Below are positions 18,140-28,845 of a DNA stretch of 64,000 bases, piece after piece. Positions within the stretch are counted from its first letter, which is position 1. Each line of letters begins with the position of its first letter. Source of the DNA: an uncultured delta proteobacterium (GTDB lineage: Bacteria > Desulfobacterota > RBG-13-43-22); NCBI GenBank assembly GCA_963843145.1, contig CAWJJC010000002.1, positions 32,001-96,000 on the forward strand, in the 5' to 3' direction. The translations under genes and the position numbers were made by a program. The notes below the pieces were generated by a model. The model was not told the DNA's origin. It ran no database searches and was given only the letters and a program-made list of their open reading frames with translations.

Positions 18140-20261
18140 ATGGAAAATAAGAATCATACCTATATCTCTTCTTGCGGTCTTGATTGCGGGTCCCGCTGCC
18201 TGCTTAAGGTTCAGGTGGAAGGCGGACAGGTAAAAAGGATCACGACCGATGACCAACCCGGGCCCGGCCTGAAGGCCTGTGCCCGCGGCCTGGGCCAGCG
18301 GGAAGTCCTGTACGCCGCGGATCGTCTTCGGGTTCCGCTGAAAAGGACGGGGGCCCGGGGGAGCGGGGAGTTTCGAGCCCATATCCTGGGAAGAGGCCCT
18401 GGATCAGATCGCCGGAGAGCTGCAAAGGGTGAAGGGGCAATACGGCCCGCAGTCCGTCTTTTCGCTGGGGCATTCCGGCTCCATGAGCGCCTTGCATAAT
18501 ACCGGCCGGATGGGCTACCGCTTCTTTTCCCTCTTCGGCGGCTGCACCACCAGTTGGGGCAATACTTCCATGGAAGGGGCCCTGTTTTCATCCCGGATGA
18601 CCTTCGGCACCCCCTATAACCGGAATTCCCGGGACAACCTGCTCCACTCCAAATTAATCATTCTCTGGGGCTGGAACCCTTTGGAGACGCGCTTCGGCCC
18701 GGACACGGTCCATTACCTCGATCAGGCGAAAAAGAACGGGACCCCTTTTATTTGTGTGGACCCCCGGCTCAATCCCACGGGGCAGCGCCTGGAGGCCCAA
18801 TGGATTCCCATCCGGCCGGCCACGGATACGGCTTTGCTTCTGGCCCTGGCCTACGTCCTGATCGCTGAAGATCTTTATGACCGTCGGTTTATCGAGACCT
18901 ATACCGCCGGGTTTGATTCTTTTAAGGAATATGTGCTGGGCCGGGAAGACGGCGCCCCCAAGACGCCGGGCTGGGCCGAGCCCTTGACCGGGGTGCCGTC
19001 GGAAACCATTGTCCGGTTGGCCCGGGATTACGCCCGGCATAAACCGGCCGCTCTCTGCACCGGCTGGGCCGCCGGGCGAACCGCTTACGGGGAACAGTTT
19101 CACCGGGCCGCCTCCGTTCTGGCGGCCATGACCGGCAACATCGGTATCGCGGGGGGGCAGGTGGCCGGTGGGACCGACGTCCAGACCCTGGGCCTCCTGC
19201 CCGGCCTGCCGGTGCCCAAAAGCCAATCCCCCGTGGTACACGCCTCCGATCTCTACGACCTTTTGCTCCGGGGCCGAGCCGGCGGATTCCCGAGCGACAT
19301 CAAGGTCCTTTATCTCCTGGGCTCCAATCTATTGAATCAGTGGCTCAATATCAATAAAGGGGTTAAGGCCCTGGAAAAGCCGGATCTGATCGTCGTTCAC
19401 GAACTCTTCCTGACCCCTACGGCGCGTTTTGCCGACCTGGTGCTCCCGGTGGCCCATTTCCTGGAAAGAGAGGATATCGGCCCACCCTGGATCGGCGGGC
19501 CGTACGATATCATGATGGAAAAGGCCGTGGAGCCCCTGCCGCAAGTGAAGTCCGATCTGGCCATCTTTACGGAATTGGCTTCTCGTCTGGGGATCGCCGA
19601 CTACAACGAAAAAACGGAGGAAGAGTGGCTCCGGGAATTCGTTTCCGCCACCCCGGGCTTTCCGGATTATCAGCAGTTTAAAGAAGAGAAGGTCCATTAC
19701 CATGCCGTTCAGCGGCCCTTGGTGGCCTTTCAGCAGGAAATTGAGGATCCGGCCAACCACCCCTTCCGAACCCCCTCCGGGAAGATCGAGATCTACAGCC
19801 AAAAGATCGCCGAGATGCGGAATCCTCTAATCCCTCCGCTGCCGAAATATCTGGAACCCTGGGAAGGGCCGCTGGATCCCTTGGTCAAAGAACATCCTTT
19901 CCAACTGATCAGCCCTCATGCCAAGGGCCGGATCAATTCTTCGCTGGACAACATCCCCGGCCTCAAGGCCATGAGCGATGACGATCTCTGGCTGAATTCG
20001 TTGGATGCCGCGAAACTGGGGATCGAGCCGGGAGAGGAAGTCCGTGTTTCCAATGAACGGGGAGCAATGATCCGGAAAGCCAGGGTAACCGACAGGATCA
20101 GGCCCGGCGTGGTCAGCTTGGGAGCCGGCTCCTGGTATAATCCCGACGGGCAGGGGGTGGATCAAGGAGGCAGCGTCAACATCCTGACGATCGATAAAAA
20201 ATCACCCGCCGGGGCCTTCCCCTGCAACAGTTGTCTCGTCCGGGTCAGCAGGGAGAAATAA
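18140..20261 (+). CDS. DMSO-reductase-family molybdopterin oxidoreductase catalytic subunit (frameshift at ~18372)
   Basis: CGLDCGSRC..C 4Fe-4S motif, WGWNP, PIRPATD, TPSGKIEIYS, C-terminal molybdopterin-binding domain. One extra T relative to the upstream duplicate (gagtttcgag vs gagttcgag). Confidence 0.92.
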
Positions 20262-20348
20262 GGCTGAGCGGGGGAATGTGCTCTTGGCCAAGGAATCCCT
20301 GTGAGAATTTTAAAGCCTTAGTTTAAATATCTCAATTCCCGGTAAGTA

Positions 20349-20470
20349 GTCATTCCGGACTTGATCCGGAATCCAGGAACTTGGTCCAGCTTGGGAGAGC
20401 CCTGGACCCCGGCCATTCGACAAAGCTCATGGCCCTGAGTATGTCGAAGGGCCTTCGCCGGGGTGACGAC
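20349..20470. repeat. nested REP-like palindromes
   Basis: gtcattccggacttgatccggaatccagg...cctggaccccggcc..cgccggggtgac, with a ttcgacaaagctcatggccctgagtatgtcgaagggc hairpin inserted. Confidence 0.8.
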
Positions 20471-20525
20471 TAGAAAGATTTTTGGGGAGCGGACTATCCC
20501 AAAAGTCAAATCCTATAATGCGTGA

Positions 20526-20596
20526 GGATCCGGCCAGGTCCCTTTGAGGGGCCGGTAAATTTCAAGCCTCCGGCTTTCCCGGAGGTAGATGACTAA
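20526..20596 (+). mobile_element. IS200/IS605-type element end remnant
   Basis: ccctttgagggg..tttcaagcctccggctttcccggaggtagatgact terminal hairpin resembling IS200 tnpA ends; no transposase present. Confidence 0.55.
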
Positions 20597-21012
20597 AAGG
20601 GGGCATTTAATTTTTCGGCGACGGCGATCGCCGAAGTTACCGCGTCTTCATGGACGCCGAATCCGAAATGACTGCCGCAATGGTAGCTGTTGTTTATTCC
20701 GTTCAAGGCCGGCAGTTCGCGTGTCGTGGAGCAGGAATTGAAGCTGTTTCTCATAAAGCTTTTCGAAGCCGATAGTCAAACACTTTTTTGACCTCCGGCC
20801 GGGAAAAGCTTTCCTAGGTCTGTCATCGGGCGTTGGTTCTATGCCCCACTGGTTCGAAAGACTTTCAAACAACTTGCTTCACGCGCTTGCATCCCGTTAT
20901 TGGGTGCCAGAGTCGCAAGATAGGGATCCTGTTGCCAAACTGCACACATTGTGGTAACCTTTTAGCATGTAAATAAGAATCGACCACATTTTTTTTGGCC
21001 TTTTCCCTCGGT

Positions 21013-21102
21013 AGTCATACCGGACTTGATCCGGTATCCAGGAACTCCGGAACTCATCCGAGGCTGGATTCCGGATCACGCTTCGCTTGTCCGGAATGAC
21101 GA
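21013..21102. repeat. REP-like double hairpin
   Basis: gtcataccggacttgatccggtatccagg...ctggattccggatcacgcttcgcttgtccggaatgac. Confidence 0.8.
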
Positions 21103-21117
21103 ATCTTGGTCAAGCCT

Positions 21118-21169
21118 TGTTCCCATGCCTCGGGGAGCCCCGCGGGGCATGCGGGTTTGATATGAAAAC
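21118..21169 (+). repeat. ~50-bp mini-element ending in ATGAAAAC
   Basis: gttcccatgcctcggggagccccgcggggcatgcgggtttgatATGAAAAC; the ATG is the toxin start. Confidence 0.6.
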
Positions 21170-21446
21170 CATAAACTGGAATACAGAAAAGAGTGTGACA
21201 CTCAAAGCGTTACGAGGAATTTGTTTCGAGGATGTGGTTTTCTTTATTGAAAAGGGTGAACTATTAGACGATTATTTACATCCCAACCAGGAGGCCTACC
21301 CCGGACAACGAATCATGGTCGTTGGGGTGGACCGTTACGCCTATCTTGTACCCTATGCTGAGAATGTGGAAGAGTTATTTCTGAGAACCATTATTCCCAG
21401 AAGGAAGGCAACACAGCGATATCTTGGAGAAAATCATGAAGACTAA
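21162..21446 (+). CDS. BrnT-like toxin
   Basis: WNTEKSVTLKALRGICFEDV..HPNQEAYPGQ..YAYLVPY..FLRTIIPRRK. Confidence 0.85.
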   Translation: MKTINWNTEKSVTLKALRGICFEDVVFFIEKGELLDDYLHPNQEAYPGQRIMVVGVDRYAYLVPYAENVEELFLRTIIPRRKATQRYLGENHED

Positions 21447-21717
21447 ACTTGCGAAAGAAGAGAAGGAAATACTGGATAGCTTCGAGAAGGGTGAATGGAT
21501 TCCTGTGGCGGATCTTTCAATAAGAAGGAAAGAATTGGCCCAGTACGCTCGAAATACCTTGAGGAAAGACAAAAGGCTGAATATACGGATTTCTGAAAGG
21601 GACCTCATAGAACTGCAGAGGAAAGCGGTCAAGGAAGGCTTGCCGTACCAGACCTATGTATCAAGCATTATTCACAAGTTCATCAATGGCACCTTGGTCC
21701 AAGGAACAACAAAATAA
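21436..21717 (+). CDS. CopG/RHH-family antitoxin
   Basis: EKEILDSFEKGEW..KDKRLNIRIS..EGLPYQTYVSSIIHKF. Confidence 0.9.
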   Translation: MKTKLAKEEKEILDSFEKGEWIPVADLSIRRKELAQYARNTLRKDKRLNIRISERDLIELQRKAVKEGLPYQTYVSSIIHKFINGTLVQGTTK

Positions 21718-21825
21718 GTGAAAAGGAATGCCCAAAAGGTCATAACCTCCTTTGACTTAAAGATAGACGATAAGATGTATGTTTACCCCAAAGACTCCTG
21801 TGAAAAGTAAGGGAGCGATCCGCTG

Positions 21826-22347
21826 GTGAAGATTGCCCGGCGTTTGGTTCTGATCCTGTTGGTGCTATCGGCCTGCGTGGGTTGCGACCAGATGACCAAA
21901 TCCGCGGCCCAGTCTCTCTTGTCGCCCACGGAGGTCTGGTCGTCGCTCGGCGATACCGTTCGATTACAGCTCGCCCATAACCAGGGCGCGTTCTTGGGTC
22001 TGGGTGCGTCCCTGCCCGGGTTCTGGCGACAGACTATATTTAATGTCGGGGTTGGAGCCTTGTTGTTGGTCCTCTTTATTTATGCGCTGTTTTCCAAACG
22101 CCTTCGGCCGGTCGGCGTGGTCGCCATCGGGCTGTTTTCAGCCGGGGGGGTGAGCAATCTCCTTGATCGATTGGTACATGGCGGCTACGTGGTGGATTTC
22201 ATTAATCTGGGGATCGGACCGTTGCGTACCGGAATTTTCAATCTGGCGGACATCTTCATCATGGGAGGAAGCATCCTTTTCCTGTTTAACGAACTCTTCC
22301 GGGCAAGGAGTGATTTTAAAGGGGTTCACCCCAGGATGAGCGAATGA
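21826..22347 (+). CDS. lspA: signal peptidase II
   Basis: DQMTK, NQGAF, GGVSNLLDR, VVDF, FNLAD. Confidence 0.92.
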   Translation: MKIARRLVLILLVLSACVGCDQMTKSAAQSLLSPTEVWSSLGDTVRLQLAHNQGAFLGLGASLPGFWRQTIFNVGVGALLLVLFIYALFSKRLRPVGVVAIGLFSAGGVSNLLDRLVHGGYVVDFINLGIGPLRTGIFNLADIFIMGGSILFLFNELFRARSDFKGVHPRMSE

Positions 22348-22509
22348 AAGTGGAAGAACATATTTTTGACGAAGGAATTAAGGATTTGCACCGGACGGCG
22401 GAAGCGGATGGAGTATTTTGCTATACTTTTTTTAAGGCCTTGGCCAAGAAATGATTACCGTTGTGTGACTGTTATTATGGGTCTCACAAAAATCTATACA
22501 TACACCGAT

Positions 22510-22595
22510 CGTCATCCTTGAATGTGTTGATCGGGGATCCAGCAGCGCACAAGTCAGGGACTGGATTCCCGCCCAAAATCGCCGCGGGAATGACG
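22510..22595. repeat. REP-like double hairpin
   Basis: cgtcatccttgaatgtgttgatcggggatccag...ctggattcccgcccaaaatcgccgcgggaatgacg. Confidence 0.75.
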
Positions 22596-22699
22596 AAATG
22601 AAGGCTAAGGGATAGTCGGTTCTATTATAAGAGTAATAAAAATTAGACTTTTTCAATTTTAGCCAGACGGGGGCCCAACGGGCACCCGGGGAGGTAGCG

Positions 22700-24919
22700 A
22701 TGCGTACAGCCGATTCCAGTCCGGACAGCGACGAAGTCAGGATCGTCAGGGCCACTTCCACCTTTGATTGCGGGGGTCGTTGCCCGCTCCGATTGCACGT
22801 CAAAGGAAACCGGATCATCCGGGTGGAAGGCGATGAAGGTCCGGAACCGGAACAGCTCCGGACCTGTCTGCGCTGCCGGGCCTACCGACAGATGGTCCAT
22901 CACCCGGACCGCCTCATGTTTCCCCAAAAAAGAGTGGGCGCCAAGGGCGAAGGGAAATTCAAACGCATTTCCTGGGACGAGGCCCTGGATCTGTTGGCCG
23001 GGGAGCTTGTCCGGGTCAAAGCGCAATACGGAAACCAGGGCATGTTCCTGGCCACCGGCGGCGGTTACCTGGCCAGCCTGCACAACGGCGGATTGGCCGC
23101 CTCCCGGCTCCTGGCCCAGTTCGGCGGGTACGTCACCCATTACGGGAACATCTCCTCGGAAGGGGCGGTCTGGGCCTCTCTGACCCAGTACGGCTCGGTG
23201 ATGGTCGGTCACAGTCGGGAGGATATGCTCAATTCCCGGATGATCCTTCTCTGGGGCTGGGACCCGGCCCGAATGATCTCCGGGACCAACACCATGTACC
23301 ATCTGATCAAGGCCAAGGAAAACGGGGCCCGGATCATCGCCATCGATCCCCGCTACCATGACACGGCGGCCACCGTAGCCCGGGAATGGATCCCGATTCG
23401 GCCCGGGACCGACACGGCGATGATGATCGCCATGGCCAACGTGATGATCAAGGAGGGTCTTCAGGACCAGGCCTTTTTAGATAAATACACCGTGGGGTTT
23501 GACCGCTTTAAAGACTATGTCCTGGGTAAAGAGGACGGGCAGGACAAAACGCCGGCCTGGGCGGCTGAGATCTCGGGCGTCGCCGCCGCCACCATCGAAC
23601 GACTGGCCCGTGAATATGCGGCCACCAAGCCGGCGGCCTTGATGGACTGCCAGGGCCCGGCCCGGAGCGCCATGGGAGAACAATATAACCGCTGCGCGGC
23701 TACCTTGTGCGCGTTGACCGGCAATGTGGGCCGACCGGGCGGCAGTGCCGGCGGGGGCCTGATGGGCCTGCCGGTGGCCCATATGTTTCGTATGCCGGCC
23801 ATCCCGCCGGGCAAGAACCCTTTTGAACAGGATGGACCTAACGTCAAAGGCACCCTGGACATACGGCTCCGGGTCGTCAAACGGGTCCACATCAATAAGA
23901 TCTTCGAGGCCATCCTCCGAGGCCGGGCCGGCGGTTACCCGGCCGATATCAAATTGATGTGGTCCATGTGCAACAACTACCTGAATCAGACCGGGAACAG
24001 CAACCAGGCGGCCCGGGCTTTAAAGACCTTGGAGTTCCTGGCCGTCAACGAACTGTTTCTGACGCCCCAGGCCCGGTACGCCGACCTGCTGCTGCCGGTG
24101 ACCAGCGCGGCCGAGCGCAGTGACCTGACCCGGCCCTGGCCTTCGGGTCCTTATCTGACCTTCGTTAACCGGGCCATCGAGCCCCTGGGCGAATGCAAAT
24201 CCGATCTCGATATCGTCACCGAGCTGGCTGCCCGCCTGGGGTTCAAGGATTTCAACCCCTTTACGGAGGACCAATGGCTCCGGATGTTCGTGGAAAAAAC
24301 CCCGGACCTGGCGGCCCAGGTCAAGGACTTCGACCGGTTCAAACGGGAAGGGATTCAAAGGATATCTTTGCCGGAGCCCATAGTGGCTTTCAAGGAGCAG
24401 ATCGAGGACCTCGAAAAAAATCCCTTTCCCACGCCCTCCGGGAAAATCGAGATTTATTCCCAGCGCGCGGCCGACCTGAATAACCCGCTCTGCCCCCCTA
24501 TCCCGAAATACCTGGGCACCCCCGAGGACCGGAATGATCCCTTGCATGAAAAATACCCCCTGCAACTCCTGACCCCTCATCCCCGAAATCGGGTCCACTC
24601 GGAACTGTACAAAGTGGACTGGCTGCGGGAGGTGGAGCCGCACCGGGTTTGGATCAACCCGGTGGATGCCCGGCTCCGGGGGGTCAGCGACGGGGACGAG
24701 GTCTATGTCTTCAACGACCGCGGTCGAGTGGCCATTCCGGCCTGGCTGACCGAACGAATCATTCCCGGCGTAGTCTCCATCTTTGAAGGGGCCTGGTATG
24801 CCCCGGACGCGGAGGGCACCGACCGGGGGGGCTGCGCCAACACCCTGACCAAGGACGCCTATTCGCCGGGCGGCGCCAGCGTGATGAACACCGCCCTGGT
24901 GGAGGTCCGGAAGGCCTGA
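22700..24919 (+). CDS. second DMSO-reductase-family catalytic subunit (DmsA-like, no Tat signal)
   Basis: STFDCGGRC..C, WGWDP, PIRPGTD, TPSGKIEIYS, EGAWY. Confidence 0.93.
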   Translation: MRTADSSPDSDEVRIVRATSTFDCGGRCPLRLHVKGNRIIRVEGDEGPEPEQLRTCLRCRAYRQMVHHPDRLMFPQKRVGAKGEGKFKRISWDEALDLLAGELVRVKAQYGNQGMFLATGGGYLASLHNGGLAASRLLAQFGGYVTHYGNISSEGAVWASLTQYGSVMVGHSREDMLNSRMILLWGWDPARMISGTNTMYHLIKAKENGARIIAIDPRYHDTAATVAREWIPIRPGTDTAMMIAMANVMIKEGLQDQAFLDKYTVGFDRFKDYVLGKEDGQDKTPAWAAEISGVAAATIERLAREYAATKPAALMDCQGPARSAMGEQYNRCAATLCALTGNVGRPGGSAGGGLMGLPVAHMFRMPAIPPGKNPFEQDGPNVKGTLDIRLRVVKRVHINKIFEAILRGRAGGYPADIKLMWSMCNNYLNQTGNSNQAARALKTLEFLAVNELFLTPQARYADLLLPVTSAAERSDLTRPWPSGPYLTFVNRAIEPLGECKSDLDIVTELAARLGFKDFNPFTEDQWLRMFVEKTPDLAAQVKDFDRFKREGIQRISLPEPIVAFKEQIEDLEKNPFPTPSGKIEIYSQRAADLNNPLCPPIPKYLGTPEDRNDPLHEKYPLQLLTPHPRNRVHSELYKVDWLREVEPHRVWINPVDARLRGVSDGDEVYVFNDRGRVAIPAWLTERIIPGVVSIFEGAWYAPDAEGTDRGGCANTLTKDAYSPGGASVMNTALVEVRKA

Positions 24920-24932
24920 AGGAGGAAGGAAG

Positions 24933-25487
24933 ATGCAAATCGGTTTCTATTTTGATCAGACCCGCTGTACCGGGTGCAGCGCTTGTCGTGTCGCCTGCAA
25001 AGACTGGCATGATATCCCGGCCGGACCCGAAAACTGGATGCGGATTCATTACACCGAAAAAGGGACCTTCCCCGAGGTTTCGGTCAGCTATCTGATTGGA
25101 CCCTGCTGGCATTGCCTGGAGCCGGTCTGCGTCCCGGCCTGCCCGGTGGGCGCCATCAGCAAACGGGAAGAAGACGGGATCGTGGTGGTCGACCCCTCGG
25201 CCTGTCTGGGCAACGAGGCCTGTGACGAAAAGTGCCGTAAGGCCTGCCCTTATAAGGCCCCGCAATTCGGTCCCCAGCCGGGGGCGCGGATGGGCAAATG
25301 CAACTACTGCCTGGATCGCTTCCAACAGGGGAAGCTTCCCAATTGTATCGAGGCCTGCCCGGTACGGGCCCTGGATGCCGGACCGCTCGAGAAGCTGGAG
25401 GAACGGTATGGAACCATTCGAGAGACCGAGGGATTCAAGTATTCCACCCGCACCCGCCCGGCGGTCGTCTTCAAACCCAAGGGTTGA
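24933..25487 (+). CDS. 4Fe-4S dicluster subunit (DmsB-like)
   Basis: GFYFDQTRCTGCSACRVACK, CWHCLEPVCVPACP, KCNYC..CIEACP. Confidence 0.93.
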   Translation: MQIGFYFDQTRCTGCSACRVACKDWHDIPAGPENWMRIHYTEKGTFPEVSVSYLIGPCWHCLEPVCVPACPVGAISKREEDGIVVVDPSACLGNEACDEKCRKACPYKAPQFGPQPGARMGKCNYCLDRFQQGKLPNCIEACPVRALDAGPLEKLEERYGTIRETEGFKYSTRTRPAVVFKPKG

Positions 25488-25879
25488 GGGACCGCCATAT
25501 CAAACCAAGAGCCAATCAATTCAAAAAAGAGAAAGGAAATGAAGTATGCAAGCGATATATGTGAAAGTTTTTAAATAATAGAAAGAGAATATAGTGTGCG
25601 ATAAACAGCGAATGGATCAAGAAAATTAAAGTATATCTATCTATAGAATGAAAAGAATCATATCTGAAAGAGAGAATAATGCTTAGATAAATGAAAGAAT
25701 AATTACGAAAAGAAAAATATATGTAGAGAGATGAAATATGAAGAGAAAGAAAAAGAATACTGAGATGTAATAGAAAGAGAGATCTTCAAGACGAACTGAT
25801 CGACAATATAAAGATAGATAGAGATTGCACTATGAAAGCGAAAGCGATCTAATATACTCACTGCTATAAGGTGTTTGTG

Positions 25880-27507
25880 AGCGACACGATACGAAAGATC
25901 TATGAGCGACACAAGAAGACTTTTCTAGTTCTAGAATGACACTGAGATAAGAGACCTATAAGAGAGAGCGAAGCTGAAAACGAGATCAGGGAAATAGAAG
26001 GACCAATCGTATCGTACCTTAAGCCCTGAAAATAAAAAATACCAAAAAAAAAGATAGAATAGAAAAAAAAAAAGATAAGAAAAAAGAACGAGAAGAGAGA
26101 GAAAGAAAAGAGAAAGAAAGAAACGCGAAAAAATACCTAAGAGAAAAACACAGAAAAAACATTTGAAAAAACTAGAGAACTAACTCAGACAGACCGATGT
26201 AAAGAAAGACATACAAAAGAGAACAAGATATACCAGAAAAAGAACTAGGAGAAAGCCTAGAAAAAAGAACGACGAAACAAGAGAGACGAAAAAAAGAAAA
26301 GACTGAGAAAAGAAGCCTAAGAGAAAAAACTAGGGGAAAACCTAAATCGTCAGATAAAGAACTCAAAACGAATACAAACAGACCGCAAGAGAAACGACAA
26401 AAAAAGAACCACAAGAAGAAGAATCCGGCGAAGGTGAGACAGTTAATTAAGATAGTCTCATAATATGTATGAAAGAAAAAATTACGACGGGATAGGGTCA
26501 TTTTTGATCTATCTGACGAAGCCCGCTTCGAACTCGAAAAAGAAGTTCGCCGAGGAAGCACAGAGAAAGACTGGAAGAAGATAAAACAGAGAAAAGAGAG
26601 GAAAGAAGATGCGAATCTTAAGGATTTTTTGAAATCGCTAGACCCGAGAAACTCATGACCTTATTAAAACAGCGGGTAGCTTATCGGCGAGAACTGCGAA
26701 TCAGCGAGAAATTCTGATTGCCGGCTACTCTCAGCAAGGCAAGAGAACTCAAAAAGAGAAATGAACTTCTCAATTGGGAATTATCTCTGTGCTTGTGAGA
26801 AAGATCCTCTTGTCTCAGTATGGTTGTGAACTGAGGCGGAAAAGATACGGAATGAAAAGAAGAGAGAAAGAAAGAGAAAAGAAAAGAGAAAAAAAGGAGA
26901 AAGAGAAAGAAGAAAAAAACGCTGAGAGGCAGATTTTTCAGAAACAGAGAGTGACGCCTCAGGCGGAGAAAAAGCTTATAGAAAACGAACGAGAGAGGTA
27001 AGAATTTTTAGAAAAAAGAAAAAAAGAGAGAGAAAGAAAAAGAAGAAGGATAAGGAAAGAAAAAGAAGAGGAGAGGAGAAAGAGAGAAAGAAAGAAAAAA
27101 AAAGAGAGAAGAAAATAGAAAAATAAAAGGAGGAGGAAAGACAGAGGAAAAAGAGAAAGGAAACATTAAGTACAGAGGAACTGATTAAGGCGCTCAGCTC
27201 AGGCAATCGCGGATGGGGAAACTATTACTGTATAGCCGACCTCCGCGATCTCTTGAACTGTGTGAACCTGTGGATCCTGAGACGTATCTGGTCTCTGAGA
27301 TGCTGACGCTGGCGAAATACGGAATGGAAGATACTAAGGGAGGCTAAAGTATACGGAGAAATGAGACTAAAAAACTAAGATACAATAATACCAACGATAA
27401 CACGCGACAAAGAGCGAATCCAAGAAAAAGAGAAGAGCGAGAAAACAGCAAGCTACGAAAGAGCGACGAACGGAGAACAGCTACTAAGATGCCTACTCCG
27501 ACCAGAC
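25880..27507 (+). mobile_element. group II intron (RT/maturase) remnant 1, heavily A-substituted; 5' boundary approximate
   Basis: Residual motifs DANLKDF..EKLMTLLKQRVA (26608), QLGIISVL..ILL..ELRRKRY (26771, PQG region), RGWGNYY..WILRRIWS..RWRN (27208), and a DV/DVI-like end gagcgacgaacggag..gcctactccgaccagac (27461-27507). Confidence 0.7.
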
Positions 27508-27729
27508 AGCTGAGAAAACAGAAAAACAAAGAAGGAGAAAAGAGAAAAAGCTGAGAACAAGAGAAGACAGAGAAACAGAGAGAAGCTAGGAAAAAAAACA
27601 AAAAAAGGAGAAAAAGAAAAAGAGAGATAAAGAAAAAAAAAGAAAAAGAGAAAACAAAAAGAAGATCCAACTGCCTATCAATATAGCTATTTTGAGACCG
27701 TTAATAACTTCATGGAAGGTGAAAGAGAA

Positions 27730-28845
27730 TGACCGAATTTCGAGTTTAAGAGAAAATGACCGAATTTAACGGCGAGATTGCGGGACAGAGCTTATGGAGA
27801 TAGAAGAGAAAAAAAAGACAAAGCTGGAGTGGACGGAGTCAGCTTTGGAGACATCGAGGCTGTAGGTGGGATCAGGGGGTTTCGGGACGATATCTAGGAG
27901 AGATTAGAACGCAAGACATACCGGCCGTTGGCGAGATCGCCGAACGTGGATACCGAAACCGGATGGACGTGAACGTCCACTGGTCATACCGACCTGCGCT
28001 GTCGGGTTAAAAGGACGGCGCTGCTGCTGATCTCGAACTCTTTTTGAGGCGATTTTCTGGACTGTTCGTTGGTTCGACCCCGCGTCGCCCTGATGCTCTG
28101 GAGTGAGGTACGTAAGAATCTCAGAAACGACTCGTGTTGATGCGCTTGAAGGGTACTTTGACTCGTCCGCTGATAAGCTGTTGAAGTGTCTGCGGCGCTT
28201 GTGGATAGTTCGGTGTTGAATTTGATCGCGAGTGCTGGAGCCGCGGTAACGGAGAGGCAGCGGTGGCCGGAGTTACCGGACAGAGGGCCGCCCCAGGGGT
28301 GTATCCCGCTCTGGCCACGTGTCTCCTGGTGAGAAGGTTCTACCGGCTGAAGGTCCGGAAGCTGGGCCAAGGCCCAGATCGACCGCTATGCGCACGATTT
28401 TGCGGTATTTGCCCGGTATCAAGGGAGTCGATTACGGGGATATATCGAGGCGAAAATTGAAAATTTGATTAGAATGGAGATTATTCGGGAAAAAAGAAAG
28501 GAGATGGATATGCAGGCAGAAAGCTTTGATTTGGGATTAGTTAGATAGAGGGATGAAGGTGTGGAGGTAATTTGAACGTGAGGTCGGGCAGGCGGTGGAC
28601 GCGAGCGGGAAGGCTCGGAGTGGTCGCTCCGAGCTGTCCGTGCGAGTCCATTGAGCGTTTCGGCGTTGGACGGTGGGCCGGTTTTCTCCTTTGGTTCCCG
28701 TGAGGTGCGGGGTGACGGTTCGTCCGTTGCCGTGTGTCGCCTTGGGCGCGTCGCGCCCTTCCGGCCCCGGGGGGTGGGCTTTTCCGCTCTCTGGCTGTTG
28801 TGCCTCCTGCTCTCTGCGTGTGCTTGTGTCAGAGGGTTGGGAGCG
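27730..28845 (+). mobile_element. group II intron RT remnant 2, many indels, A-depleted 3' part
   Basis: AGVDGVSFGDIE (27823), TYRP, WIPKPDGRERPL, FEADFLDCS, LKGYFDS, PQG-like segment, RYAHDF (28384; YADD position), ARYQG, RPFRP. Confidence 0.8.

Noticed and set aside
20600-20900. 74-aa minus-strand ORF
   Set aside because: No recognisable motif or RBS; lies within IS and repeat debris.
25703-27670. Lys/Glu-rich and Phe/Leu/Ser-rich ORFs
   Set aside because: By-products of the A/G low-complexity corruption of the intron sequence.
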